Source: Dicyema japonicum
Lineage: Eukaryota > Animalia > Dicyemida
Direction: 5' to 3'
Assembly (NCBI GenBank): GCA_011109175.1
Contig: RDEW01000016.1
Location: 620,134-684,133 of the forward strand
DNA length: 64,000 nt
This document shows, one piece after another, positions 1 through 12,950 of this stretch. The notes beneath the pieces are model-generated. The model saw nothing but the letters and a program-made list of their open reading frames with translations. It did not search any database and had not been told where the DNA came from. Position 1 is the first letter of the stretch, and the number at the start of each line of letters is the position of its first letter. Made by a program: the position numbers and the translations under genes.

Positions 1-1420
1 AATAAAAAAGAGACGTGCCGACAGCAGCTTCTTCCTTCCACCTTATATCCACAGACGAAAAACCCTCTAGGATGAAATTTTCCTCTTCTCTGATTTTAGT
101 ATCGTTAACGACGATAATATCAGTCTTCTCGGCGTTCACCAATAATGCCAGTTCATCATGCCTTTTCATAATGCATCTGGCATTTAGCAGCATTATTTTT
201 TACATTTCTTGCTTTCAATAACTTTTCAGGTGGCATAGCCTCTTCAGGACTAGTGCACCACATTCAGTAAATCCACATTTGTCTTCGAACATTCGTGGTG
301 GAGCCTGGAGATGATGAAAGTCATCTCTTTGGAACCATGATCACTCAGGTTCGAGGTTTTTTCCCATTGCGTATTCTTAATTTTATTTTGAAGTATTCTA
401 TCAGTCTGTATAGTCTCCTTTGAGTCTTCAGTTTACGTAAAAGTTTCGCAAGTAGAAGCCTCAGATTTCTTCAAACTGATTGGACTGTCTGCTTTACCCA
501 TCTGATAGGTTTGATAATATTCTTATTCACAGTTAATTTTTCATGACGGTTAGCTTTGCGGACGCGTAATTCCTGAGTGCGGTCTTTGCCACCGGCCATC
601 TTCCATAACATGCAAAGTGACCAACAGTCTCGCAGTTGATCACTTCCTCTCCGATCTTCATTTGATTGACAACTGCTCATTCCGTGTTCCTCCCACAAAT
701 TAGGCATTTCTCCTATTCAATGCATCGAGATGCAACGTGGCCAAATTTCTGGCATCTGAAAATCTGATTGTAGAGTCTTGATACCATTCACAGCGGATTT
801 TCTGGAAACCAACATGTAATCCAGATGAGAGTAGTAGCTCTTGATTTGACGGTCAATTTTACAACTCTAAGGTTGTAACCATCTTTCTTGAAACGATTAA
901 AAGAAAATCCTGGCTGAAGAGTCTCCAACAAGAATACATAAAGATCTTCGTCAGTAACCCATGAGGGGATCCCCTCAGAACCACTTCAGCTGGGCGTAAA
1001 CTCAGTGTTGAAACTCTGTACCCATCCACACCAAACGGGAAACTTTTTTAAAGATCCGTAGTAAAAGAATTGCGGTCGTTAGTATTGGAGAATTACAGAA
1101 TGAAAGAGCCGGATTTCCTCAGACTAATTCGAGCTTTACGTGCAATCTCCAAATCGGTCAGAGTGTTAAAACAATAATCTTTCCACCACAGGATTAGTGA
1201 TCTCAAGATAGACCACTAATGAGTCAGTCATGTCTACTTGCTGGGAAGTTGCATTTAGATATGACTTTTCATCGCTTGGCTTAGGAATAACTTTAGCGTC
1301 TCCTCAGTTTTCTTTTCCAAGGAATTTTCAACACTTTGTTCAGACACGACCTTTTTCTTTACAACAATTTCTTTTTGGTGCTTTTCACAACAAAATCACG
1401 TTAAGCCACATCTTATTAAC
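1..1420 (-). mobile_element. Decayed non-LTR retrotransposon 5' half: gag-like ORF1 with CCHC knuckles plus start of APE endonuclease
   Basis: The minus strand at ~660-780 reads CQKFGHVASRC..CLICG..EH....C (zinc knuckles, with frameshifts and stops). At ~1-200 it reads KIMLLNARCIMKRHDELALLVNAEKTDIIVVNDTKI, homologous to the APE N-termini at 14324 and 29063. Confidence 0.75.
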
Positions 1421-1916
1421 AAAAAAGATTTAAATAATTATCCTTTGCAAATAGGATTGCGTATAAGTTTCCACGTAACACAGCAATCCCGATTCTGTGT
1501 CTTATCAGAACTGAGTACGTGTTAAGGAAATAAGTCTAAATACCTAAAACAACTATTAATAACCATCAATCTATTCCACGTGTCTGTTAAAAGCATAACT
1601 TTGTATAAAAGAGACTAATAGAAGATATGCATTAAAATACTGAGAAGATATACAAAGAATAATCAATAGCATTATTAGTAGCAACATAAATCATTAACAT
1701 ACGTGCAACTACTGACTGGTAATCACACAAGTTTTTTCAATTGGACAGGAGTCGAACGAAACATTGGGTTTCCTATAGTCTGTCCATGTTTGAAAATGAA
1801 GAGATTCCATGAAACAAACTCAACCGATTGGCATGTTATAAAAATTAAAATATTAAATTTTATAAAGGAACCTTAAAATAATATTAGTATTTAAAATTAG
1901 TAACTAGGAGACGACG

Positions 1917-3009
1917 ATGGGAATAGATTACTATGGGATCCTTGGTTTAAACAACTCTGCAACAAACTTGGATATCAAAAAAGCGTATTAAGATTTTCTT
2001 AAATCAGATATCGAAAATTGGCTCCACTTTATCATCCTGAAAAAAATAAAAATGATATTTTGGCAGCAAAACGGTTTTCTCAAGTTTGTGAAAGTTACAC
2101 TGTCCTATCTGACCGTGAGTTTCCAATAAGTGACATTGTAGCTCGAAAAAAGGCGATTTATGACCATTTTGGAGAAGAAGGACTTAAAACTGGAGTTCCT
2201 CTACAAGTTGGTGAGTCTGAAGAGTGGACTGGGGGATATACTTATCACGGAAATGATGTGAAAGTTTTTCATGATTTTTTCGGTGGAGATAACCCATTTG
2301 TTGGTAAAAACGATTTAAACATTAAAAGAATTTTTTGACTTGGCAGACGGGGACATGAGAATGGGATTTGGTGGGTTGAGAGGAATCGGATCAAAGACTC
2401 AGTCCGGTTCCATAGTAAACGACCTCCCTCTTACTTTGGAAGAGATATTTTATGGTTGCGTCAAGAAAATAAAAATTTCCCGCAGAGTATTTTTTTAGTT
2501 TGATCAAGGTCCTGAACGAAGATGGTTATACTTCATCCCTGAGAGAGAAAATCCTCACAATAAATGTGAAGCCTGGGTGGAAGGCTGGTACTTGGATAAA
2601 ATTTGAGAAAGAAGGGGATCAGACACTCAACTCCATTCCAGGTTAAAGTTAATATAACTGTAAGCTGATATTGTGTTTGTAATATCAGAAATACCCCACG
2701 AGAGGTTTTCTCGTTACGGAGATGATCTGATCCTTCGAAAAAACATAAATCTAAGTCAGGCTCTGGCCGGATGCGTGATTGAGGTACAAACCTTGGATGA
2801 GCGACTATTTAATGTCCCTATAAACAACATAGTCAAGTAGCTATTTTTTGAATCCAAGGAATAACTACAACAAAATTGTAAAGGGAGAAGGAATGCCGAA
2901 AATTGGAAGTTCGGAAAAAGGAGACTTGTTAATCAAATTGGATGTGGATTTCCCTGAAAAACTCTCAAGCAATCAGAAAAAGGCATTGAAAGCTGTTTTA
3001 GCTAAATAA
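1917..3009 (+). CDS. DNAJB13: DnaJ/HSP40 subfamily B member 13 (radial spoke RSP16-type), 7 exons
   Basis: Manually spliced [17 protein letters not shown]|[44 protein letters not shown]|EFFD..ISRR|[51 protein letters not shown] introns: 1985-2007, 2115-2141, 2304-2328, 2487-2508, 2642-2664, 2837-2858. Motifs match my recollection of DNAJB13 rather than DNAJB1/4. Confidence 0.9.
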
Positions 3010-3090
3010 ATTAAAACAAACTAAAAATATTAACACATTAATTAATGATTCTAAATTTAGAGCTTTTTTATCAATTTTCTCATCTATTAA

Positions 3091-3222
3091 CCACGTGGTT
3101 AGTTGGTTGAGGTGATAAAATAACTCTATTATGGGAAATATCTTAATCTACTCAAGTAATTGACTCTGGACACATTAGAACGAGTAAACATCGCTCTGGG
3201 TTCGAATCTCGTCCGGCTAAAA
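3091..3222 (+). other. Possible tRNA-derived Pol III element (A-box-like and B-box-like motifs)
   Basis: TGGTTAGTTGG-like A box near 3096 and GGTTCGAATC B box near 3200. Spacing is too long and no cloverleaf folds. Confidence 0.25.
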
Positions 3223-4029
3223 TTTGGAGGAACTTGTCTGTTTTGTGGATGAACAATGGAATTATTAATTTTCAACGTTTTTAATGGCAATGAATTTAAT
3301 CAGTCTTATTTGACATAAAGTCAACTGATGGTGGGAGACTTTTACAAAATCCCAGTTATTTGAAGTTTTATGGAAATATTTCATTAACTTTACAAGAATC
3401 TGTCTTAATTTTTAGTAGGTCCAAAAATGCTTCCTCCATTGAATAATCCCATTATATAATATAAAAAGAATAATATTTTGCTGCGATAGACCAACTACCC
3501 CATCAAGTGATTTTCACTTTAATTATTTTAATGACAAACCTTAAATGGGCAATAATTTCATTTATTTTTTTCTGTAGAAATCTGTTTCACGGAAATCCTA
3601 GCTGCTGTTTCATCTATTAATATGCATGTTTCACCTTAAAAAGTGTAACAAGGAAGGGTGCCTCATCATAAAGAGAAAAATATTTCTTCGACAAATGCCT
3701 TCGTAACTTTAGTGAACTTATAATTTAAAACAAATGTAAAAACAAAAATAATCTAATATTGAAAAGGGTAATGTTTAAAAAGACAGAGTGGAGTCACCTC
3801 AGAATATCGCATATCTTAAGTGGACGTGTATTATCTTCATAAATTAATGAAACTACAACAATTTGTGTAAATAGCACGTGAATATATTTTTCCAAGCGGT
3901 TTGTTTATTATGAAAGTGTCATCGCGGAAGAACTTAGTACAAAGATTTAAAAGCTGAATAACTTATAACAAAAGTTATACACAAATAATGAAAAATAAGA
4001 CAAAACTCAGTAAAATATAGAAAATACAA

Positions 4030-5904
4030 TCAGAAAATTCCATTTGAAAAGTATTGATAGCTATCATACAACCTTGTAGTAATTGAATGCAACGATGAAT
4101 TGACCATAGTTTCAGTAAATTGTTGAAGTTCTTCCTCAGTCAACTTTATATGAAACCGTTGTTTGACTGCCTGAATAGAACTAGTACTGTGCTTGAAGCA
4201 GGGCAGAGATGGATTCCCAACCTGCATTATTTCCATCACAGAAATAATTTTATCCACATACATTCTAGCAGTAAGTAATCCCTGGAAGATTAGACTTTTG
4301 AAAAAACGAAACAATGTCAGACTCCAGTCCCCCCATCACTTCAACAAACTCATCGGTCAACTTAAAGGGGGACACTTCAAATCCCAAATTCCTACCAGGG
4401 GAAGCTGACATTACAAACGCGTAGTCAATGTGCATCATGTGACCCTCATCGTCTAACAAAATGTTCCCATTGTGACGGTCTTTCACCTGCAGGAGGTAGC
4501 ATACCACACAGTAGGCAGCACAACTCCGTACAAAGTTCTCACGAGCACACAGGTATCCCTCTGATGATTCCAGTCCAAACTCCTCAAAAAAGTACTGCTG
4601 TAAACGAGGAAACCCCCGTTTCTTTATTTGATGGAGACTCATAGTATATGGGATATATTCAATAAGGCCTCTTTGAGGACCAGTCACGAATACCCTCACA
4701 GGCCTCACCCAAAGGTTAACATTTTCTGCCTGCCAACTCTGAGCCAACAACTCTATGACCTACTAATAATGAGTAAAGAAACCTGCGAAATCAGCACCTC
4801 CTGCCTCAAATCATCCCCCTGTTTAACAATGATAGGCCACAGTCTCCAGCCTGGTAAATGTCCGTACAAAGAAGCCGAACGGATACGGGCATTTCGGTCA
4901 ACAAAGTTCTCCGAAGCAAAGGTCGTCGAATCCTTAGAAGATGAGACGACAACTAAACTACAAATAAAGAAATACGGGGAGCCACTCTGTTCTGAAGTCT
5001 ATGCCGAATAGCTGCCGCGGAAACCTTGCTAGGATAGGGACTGTGTGGGACAAATTCACCTCCGACTTTGAGTAGACGTTATGGAAGGACAGGGATTCGC
5101 GCATGACAACTTCTACGTACACCAAAAATGGAGCATTTGGTTTGGAATTTAGCAGGACAGTCTCATTTTCACAAATATTGACCACATGTGCTCTCCAATG
5201 AATGGCAACCACACTGGAGCGGGGAAATTCGAGTTTAAACACTTTAGTTGATTCACCAACACGTTGAGTCTCTCGTGAGGTAAACACTGGTCGCATCCCA
5301 GACTGCTCAAGTGAGACAGAAACAGGACTTGAGGTCTCACCAAATTTATTGGACAACAACATAGTCGACTACCTCTCCCATAATCGGCTTCCCCTGCAAC
5401 ATATACATCCACCAGTTGACTCTTCGACTCCAAACAGCGACATCCCGAGTCCAATGTACTCTTATCTCGGTCAGAGTAACTCCTCTTGTGATTCCTTGTG
5501 TACCGAAGCAGGAGACTCTCCAAGGGACGACGCCCCTCCCCAAGAACAAAGGATGGGTTGAGAGCCTTGAGCATGCACGTGCAGGTTACGGCGAAGCGAT
5601 AAGAATCCCTGCATTTCCCGGCCAAGTAAGATTCAAGGGGGCTCTGTTCTGAATGTGACATGTAAATGCTGAGGATTTGGACCAAATAGGCATCGGAATC
5701 GACAAATTTGTAGAGTTTGTCACATAGTTGAGAGCGTACTGATTTTTCTTTGCACTTGAAGAGATGGCCCAGGACATCCACCACGTCCCAGGCTTTCGCG
5801 AAGCCCCAGAGGAGCTTCACTGGGTCATTCTTTCTTGTCGTTTCCACGTGTAACTCCTCCAGTGGAGGAGAATCTGTTCCTCTATCTTCTCTGCTATTTC
5901 GCAT
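4030..5904 (-). CDS. PI4KB: Phosphatidylinositol 4-kinase beta (type III), multi-exon; start uncertain, one apparent +1 frameshift
   Basis: Helical domain VLGHLFKCKEKSVRSQLCDKLY..YLVQILSIYM. Kinase motifs LLQVKDRHNGNILLDDEGHMMHIDYAF and FEVSPFKLTDEFVEVMGG; C-terminus SITTRLYDSYQYFSNGIF*. A 23-nt intron lies at 4760-4782. The nearest upstream in-frame ATG is at 5904. Confidence 0.92.
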
Positions 5905-6190
5905 CTGGCAATTTGTTCTCGAAAATAAGGGTTTTGCAGTAAATCCAAAAAATAGAGACAAATGGGGTATCTGAGTGATAAAAAAAATAACTTAATGAAG
6001 TAAGAGTACTTTGGGTCCTTCCAATATGTAAGATAGGATAGGTAGTTAATGAAACTCTTGTCTTTAAAATAGCCTTTCTGAGCGATCACTAAAAATAAGT
6101 GGAGTGATTACGATTAATGTATTTGGGACTGGCAAGGCACTGTACGAACTCTAGTTCTGCGAGAAACCTGACCTTTTCTGGGTCATTCAC
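5817..6190 (-). CDS. MED31: Mediator subunit 31 (SOH1); start codon not identified
   Basis: Spliced reading NDPEKVRFLAELEFVQCLASPKYIN|LIAQKGYFKDKSFINYLSYLTYWKDPKYSYFIK|YPICLYFLDLLQ..QILLHWRSY. Introns: 6089-6111 (23 nt) and 5971-5991 (21 nt). Confidence 0.93.
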
Positions 6191-6289
6191 TAAAATATAT
6201 AAGCACCACAAACGAATACCAACTATATTATTTATTCTATTATTAATTTTTATTAAATTCAAAATTAAAATATGTCATCAAAATTTTAA

Positions 6290-6990
6290 TTTAGTTTAAG
6301 GTCTCCATTATGGCCTGCAGGCATTGAGCCCGCAATAAGAGTTGCTCATCATGATCGCGAGCCCAATGTTTGGAAGAGCTATCCTGTCATTCTGAGACGA
6401 ACCGATTTCTAATCCCATGGTTCTTCTTCCTTTTCGAATCTTAAACAACATTCACTGTGGAACCCGTGTACAGCGATGATTTGAGTAAATTCGCGCTTCA
6501 GAAAGTAGCATTGTACTTTGAATCCCAAAAAGGTTTGTGCCGGAAGAGAGGATTCTGATTAGTCCATTGGAGGAGGGGCCGGTGTAGTATTTTATTATCT
6601 TTGAGTCTTCGTATGCTTCTCTTAGAAACAAAATCGTGTATCTGTTTCAGACGACTCCTGTCATTGGAGCAAAAAAAGATAGATGATAGCATTAGAGACA
6701 AGTCACTGGTTGTCATAATAATTTTTCTTTTGTTTGCGGTTTGCATAGAGTGGCAGGGATGGTCTAGGCTGTAGACTTGGAAGAGGAACTGCAGGGCTCT
6801 CATTTCCAGATTGTCTCTAATTGAGAGGATCTTTGATTCCTAATTAGATAATCAACAGGGGTTGATCTGAGACATCCAGTAATTGTTCTGAGCGCGATGT
6901 TTTGTACTTTTTGTAATTTGTCGATAGAAGTAAGGGAGGCAGAGGTTTCCAACAAGGACTTTCACACAGTGGTATAATATGGTGGTATAA
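6290..6990 (-). mobile_element. 3' fragment of I/Nimb-like LINE
   Basis: IDKLQKVQNIALRTITGCLRSTPVDYL (post-RT region). The 3' terminus GCTCAATGCCTGCAGG.CATAATGGAGACC is shared with the copy at 58341-58372. Confidence 0.7.
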
Positions 6991-7329
6991 GTAAAATTAA
7001 TTTTCTACAAACAGAATTTTTCAACAGCACCTCCTTCGTCGATAATTCTGTAAAAAGATAGATATTTTAATAAATACACTCGACCCTAGCAAATTGGTTC
7101 CTTAGAATTTTGTGGCCAATTTGAAAAAATAAAATCAATAATTTTGAAGAGTCCTTATATTAACAAAAAAGCATATATAAGTTTTACTAAAAAAATAATA
7201 TTTAACTGTTTTTTTGCTTCAGTAATACTTGTTCGCACTTAAGTAATACTTCAGTAATATTTGTTCGAATTAGCCGTGTGGCTATGTGGTGCTGCGTGGT
7301 TACTATACAACAATAAATAACTGTTCAAA

Positions 7330-7930
7330 CAACGTGAATGTACAATTATTGAAATACGCGCCAACAGGCTGAGTTAATCTGCACAGTCTTGAACAGGACG
7401 TTCAAATGTCACAGTTCATTTGATGCGGGGAATGACATCTTGATCCCAATTCAGAAACCTGAAAAGGGAATCTAAACAGTCTACGCTCGATTACACTAAT
7501 GAATACGATAAGGGAAATACTCTCCCTTGTTGTGCTGGATCGTATTTCAGGCCCTGTAAATGAGTTCCTGAACCCAAGTCAAATTGGATTCAGACCTGAA
7601 AGGTTGACGGCAGACATTGTATGGAGCCACGGGTGGATGTGTGCAATGTGCCAGAAACACGAGTCCGGCACATCTCTGGTCCAAGTTGGTGGAAATGCCG
7701 ATGCGGACAATATCGTTGTCAAAGTGGGTCCCGACACTACCAACGGGGAATGCATTGATCAAAGCGCCACCTCATTCGCATTTTTCAGTGACTAGACAGG
7801 CACGTTTGTGTTGTTTGATTGGTTCAGAAGCCTCTCATATTTATCTTTGCAGATGGTCCTGTAACGGTCTTTCTGCTCATCATCCTTTCAAATGCTCCAT
7901 ATCTGTGATTTCAGATGATTCTGGTTGGAG
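7330..7930 (+). mobile_element. RTE-like LINE reverse transcriptase fragment
   Basis: LRSITLMNTIREILSLVVLDRI..FLNPSQIGFRPERLTADIV; homologous to 50700-50980 on the minus strand. Confidence 0.7.
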
Positions 7931-8200
7931 TTAGAGAATCATCCTGATCAGCAGTCGGCTGGAGCCCAAAGAGGACAGATACGCGAGGCAAGCCAGATCT
8001 TTCGGTGGAAGGATTCCCAGTCCGCCCAGACTAACGGGTAGCATCTCCAGACGTTTGAATGTTGTGTAGAGTTGATGTTCTTTAGTTCTTAGAGTGTTAC
8101 TGATTTCAGCATCAGTAAGAAGGCATCCAAGTATTTCCAGTTGTTCTGATTTGGTTTCTGTGGCTTTTGGAATGATCTCTCTGAACATATCAAGGATCAA
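7931..8200 (-). mobile_element. CRE/R2-type (RLE) element fragment, post-RT region
   Basis: LEILGCLL..LPVSLGGLGILPPKDLACLAYLSSL (LP..GGLG motif); similar to 34590-34700. Confidence 0.65.
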
Positions 8201-8570
8201 ACCCTATTCAGGCTGCGGAAATCCAAAAATTTACACTTCGTGGTGTTTAGAGTTAGACATAGGGATTCCATTTGGACTATCAGACTTTTCAAACAATCTA
8301 GTACATCCTTCGGATGGCCGCCCATGGTGCAATCATCCAAATACGATACTCTCAAAAGAGTGGAACAACATCCAAATTTTTTAAAAATTAAATTAAAAAT
8401 GTGGACAATTTGGGAGGGTCACGTGTATAATGTAAAATATTACATAATTTATTTGGTGGATATATAAGTCTTCCTATAGTTATATTATTAGTTTTAAGAT
8501 GCCACTATCAAAATTTAGATTCCATAAAATGCATTTTTTTTAATTTTACCATAAAAGTTGCCCTAATAAT

Positions 8571-11500
8571 TTACAAAAACCAATAAATGAGAACTAAATT
8601 TATTTTACAAAAATTAAATAAAAGAATTGAGACATTCACGAACTTGGTTAGAAAACTGACTAAGAATTGTGGAAAAAATTTACTACTTGATTCAAAATAA
8701 GTAACCTCAATATGATAACTAAATTTATACAACAGGTACAAGAAATCACATATCTGAGTTAGCAATGGATGTTCAGACACACTCCGATCAACTGATAAGA
8801 ACGACTTGTACAAAACAGCAGTTAACTCAAAAATGGCCTGAAAATATTCAAAACAGTAAAGAACCACAGTAGAATTAGCTCTGCTGTACATTAAACTGAA
8901 TCGCTTAAGATAGGGGCCCACAAATCTCATAAGGAGATAAAACTGAAGGTCATTTGTAAGCAAACACAGATGGTCATCAATAAATCTAAATAGTAAATAA
9001 AGGAACACCCAATCATCTTAAATAGTCGATCATCACTAGTATGCTGGTAAAAAGAATGAACAAGCTCCATTATTCCGTTATCAATGGGATCATTGGTCAA
9101 AGTGAACATGTCTTTTTCAGAATAAAATATTTTCTTAACAAAATTCAAGAAAGAGTGAACAAAATCATCCTAAAAAGTAAGTTGTGATGAAAATACAGGA
9201 AGACAGGACAAAATGATACCAAACATGTTGACCATTTCTGTATGGGGGACAGAAGATAACCTAAATTGTAGATAATCAAGTACATTGAGTTTATGGATAA
9301 ATTTACAAGAATATTAACAGTCGTATCACAAGAGGTTGGGAGAGCCATTAATTCAGCGCAAGTGCAATGAATAAAATAAGACTGAGCGTTAGGGAATTCA
9401 TTATATCGCCAATCCATTAAAGTCAATAATCTAACATCCTTCATATTAATTACGGACCACTAAGTTATCATAAACTATTACAAGACGATCAAACAACCCA
9501 ACAAAGTAATCTGACCCAATGCCCCCATTCCACTCCTCTCCCATTATAAAATAGGGTACACCGAGTGGACTAATAGAATTACTAAACTCTCCCCTCTTCC
9601 AAAGTCCCCCTATATAAATAAATATTAATAAAACCAAAATAATTGGATATTATAGACCTTTTTAACTCAAAGTTACTGCAAATAATAGAATATGACGAAT
9701 GTAAAAGTACATAGACGAAGGATATAGAGTGTTCTATATTTATTATGAGGGAATACCTTGAAGTCCTAACATTGGCTTGAGAAAGTCCAAAAGAGAACAT
9801 ATACTGGTGTGAGCCCATTTGTATATGATCATCTTCATCACTACAATGTTCGCAACTGGATTAAATCTGAGACACGAGTTTGAGAAATATAGTGGAAATG
9901 AACATGAGGGGCCATCTTTAGGGTAATTAAAACAATCAGGGGAAAGACATTCTTCAAATTTCTACAATTATTCATAGTAAACCTGACAATACAGTCTCTG
10001 AAACTCAACGTGGTTATCAGAAAGCCAGTAAATACCAGGAATCTAAAACTGACTAATAAATCCAACATTATTGGTAACAAACTCTATTCTCTGTTTTAAA
10101 GCATCAGAACGTATTATTAAATTAGTGACAACCATAAACTGTGTTTTGACGGCATTTTCTTCCTCAATTGGTCGAAAGATCTATAATCAGACAAAAAATT
10201 ACTAAGAAAAATATAAATTTCTCCAAGGTTACAATATGGGCATCCCAAATGAGAAACTCCAGACTTTCAAACATCTAAAAATATCGTATCCGGACGAACG
10301 TGTTTATGGAATGACTCGGGACTGGTTAGAAACTTGTAAACAACAAAGTCAGTAAAACATCTGATTTGGGAATTGTATACATTAAAATCCCTTATTGAAG
10401 AAAAAACTTCGTGAACAAAACTTATTTAAATAACAAAAGTAACCTTGACTGTGGTAAATTAGTATCAGAAAGAAACAGTTTCCAGCAATAACTAAGGGAT
10501 AATACAGTAAACAAACCAAATGAATAAGTAATTCCGTCTGTTTGAACAGAAATATTGAATGAGAGTCTTATCATGAGTCAAACCTGTATTTAAACTAAAA
10601 ACTACCGTTGAGCTCAGAAAGAGCACTAATAATATCGTTCCCTCTGTCGACAACATCAATGACAGAAGGCGATGATATGGAAAGACTAGTTGAAATGACG
10701 GTTCTCATGCAATCCAAATGATATGAAGTAAGACAGTGGGGGACACTCTCTAGGCTCTTGCACAGAATGTCCATCCAATTTAAGCGTATTTCATCTCCCC
10801 CTGAAATAAGAAAGGTAGAAACCGTTAACCCCTATAATAACGGACAACTGCATGCAGAGAAGACTATTTAGTTCAGGAAAGTCATTGTTAAGTAAATTAG
10901 AAGACTGAAGATAGGTTGATTCATCACACATTCTTGCGAAGGTATGATACAATTCCCAACTCTTAAGTGAGAAAATACCGCGCATAATACCAAACTCAAC
11001 ACTGAAATAAGGTATTTTACAGTAACCTTTGATTAAATTGAAAATCGGAAGTTATTTGCTTTAGAATAAATCCATTCTGAACTCCAAGAAGAAACATACG
11101 ATACTGAGGTTGGATAAAGTGCATTCGAAACATCATCAATTCCTGTAAGCAATAAAGCAGTGGTATGTGATGAGGTGAAATCATCTTGCACATTTGACCT
11201 TCATAACACGAAATTCTTACCAATTATGTGCTTGGGTCCCAAAATGGACAGTTCCGTGTAGCTCAGAATTCGATGATATACTTCCATGAATGAAATCTGA
11301 GGCAGGCGGTTTAAATTACCATCAAAAAACCATTTTATACAATTTTGACACGAAATAAGGATCCTATTAGGATAGACACAAACTCATACTTGGATCTAGC
11401 ATAAAAACTGAGATTATCAAAGTAGGCGACTGGGAAAGGACTAACATAACTATATGTCACATTCGTTGGGGAACAAAGTGGTTTCTCAAGCGAATCAGAG

Positions 11501-12950
11501 GCAGAGAAAATTTCAGTGAACTCTTTAAAGTAGTTTGTAGAAATATTATCATTTCCCAAAAAATCTAAAATAAGTGATAGTCTTACCAGCGTTCACTAAT
11601 ACAACCATATTATTGTCACTAAATGAGTACGACTCTTTACGGCGAAAGATTTCAGCGACAGACCTGTTGCGGTTATATATAATACTTTTTAATATCCTCA
11701 AATGGAGAAAGCACCAAGTCGTATATGGATCCCTTATTATTCGGTTGTTTTATAGCAAGCAAAATCTCAATAATTGCATATTTTCGACAAAAGTCGACAT
11801 TATTCACATTCGGAATAGTCCAGACTGAGGAGTCCTCAGAGTAGAGATATTTTAAAATCTCATAGAACACACCAAAAATGTCTTCCTAGGAAACAAGTAA
11901 ACAAAAATACATTCAGATGATAGGATGGGAAAACACGAAACATAAAATGGCGGAGGATTAAAAACAACTCTTGTTTGTGGACAATTAGTGAATGAGAAAT
12001 TGAGGTGATCTGCCCAATAATAACAAATTCTACAAAATCCCTAAATTTTATTAGCAATTGAATGTGAGTAAATAGTCCATGTCCCAAGTAGAAAATCAAG
12101 GTCGATTCGATGATATTCACACGCCAATACAGAGGCAACCCAGTCAACGTAGGATCGCAGATGACACTCATAGTCAAATTAACCATTTCATCCTCAAATA
12201 TGTCAACGTTATTGGAATTCTAGTTGTGACTCAACTTTACGTGTTGTCCCAACTCAATCAGATAACAGAGAAAAATCCGTGATTCCCTTATAAGAAAAAT
12301 TTTGTGGAAAATGTGGGAAATTACCGCTCTTCTGTTGGCATTATCCAGATATTTCCAATTTCCAGCAGAATGTGCGTTTGGAGATCCGTGAATTGGGTAC
12401 AAATAATCTCTCCCTAAAATAATCACCATCAAAACCCAAATTATGCAAAAGAGAAACAGGTAATCTTAGACTGAGGATATGTTCACTAATATCAATGGGG
12501 ATAGCAGCTAGCACGTGCTCGGGAATATTAAGGCAATTCAGAACCCTTGAATTGAGTGAAATGAGTTTCATTATAAACTATGATATTAACGAATCAAACT
12601 ATTCTAGAGAGTTCCTGGACTGTCTGTGTTGAATTATTTTGCAAGGTTATCAAAGAATGAAAAAACTGTGAGAAAGACTCCGATTATATTCAAATATAAC
12701 CTTAGAATCCAACAGGCTAGTGGTTTGGCTGAGAAAATCAAGCAAAACAACAGAAATCGAGGTCAGAACAGTCCCCTTAGTCATATATTGAATCATCAAT
12801 AGAGAAATCATTCGAATCAAACCAACTTCCACCTCCTTTATGCTGTCTGTGAAAACTTTAGCCCACAGAGGAGATTTTAAACGACAGACAAAGTCAGCCA
12901 CTGTTGAACAAGTATTCTAATAATTATACACATGAATACTTCGCTCTCAT
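8571..12950 (-). CDS. MED23: Mediator subunit 23, many mini-introns; exon boundaries and start approximate
   Basis: Conserved blocks DWRYNEFPNAQSYFIHCTCAELMALP, QFYLLMRFVGPYLKRF, TQICDF and N-terminal SPLWAKVF match the MED23 order. Short ORFs are separated by ~21-30 nt GT-AG segments. Confidence 0.85.

Noticed and set aside
4193-5974. Plus-strand ORFs over PI4KB and many other 60-130 aa ORFs in the track
   Set aside because: They are antisense or alternative-frame shadows of real genes or TEs, many with non-ATG starts and no motifs.
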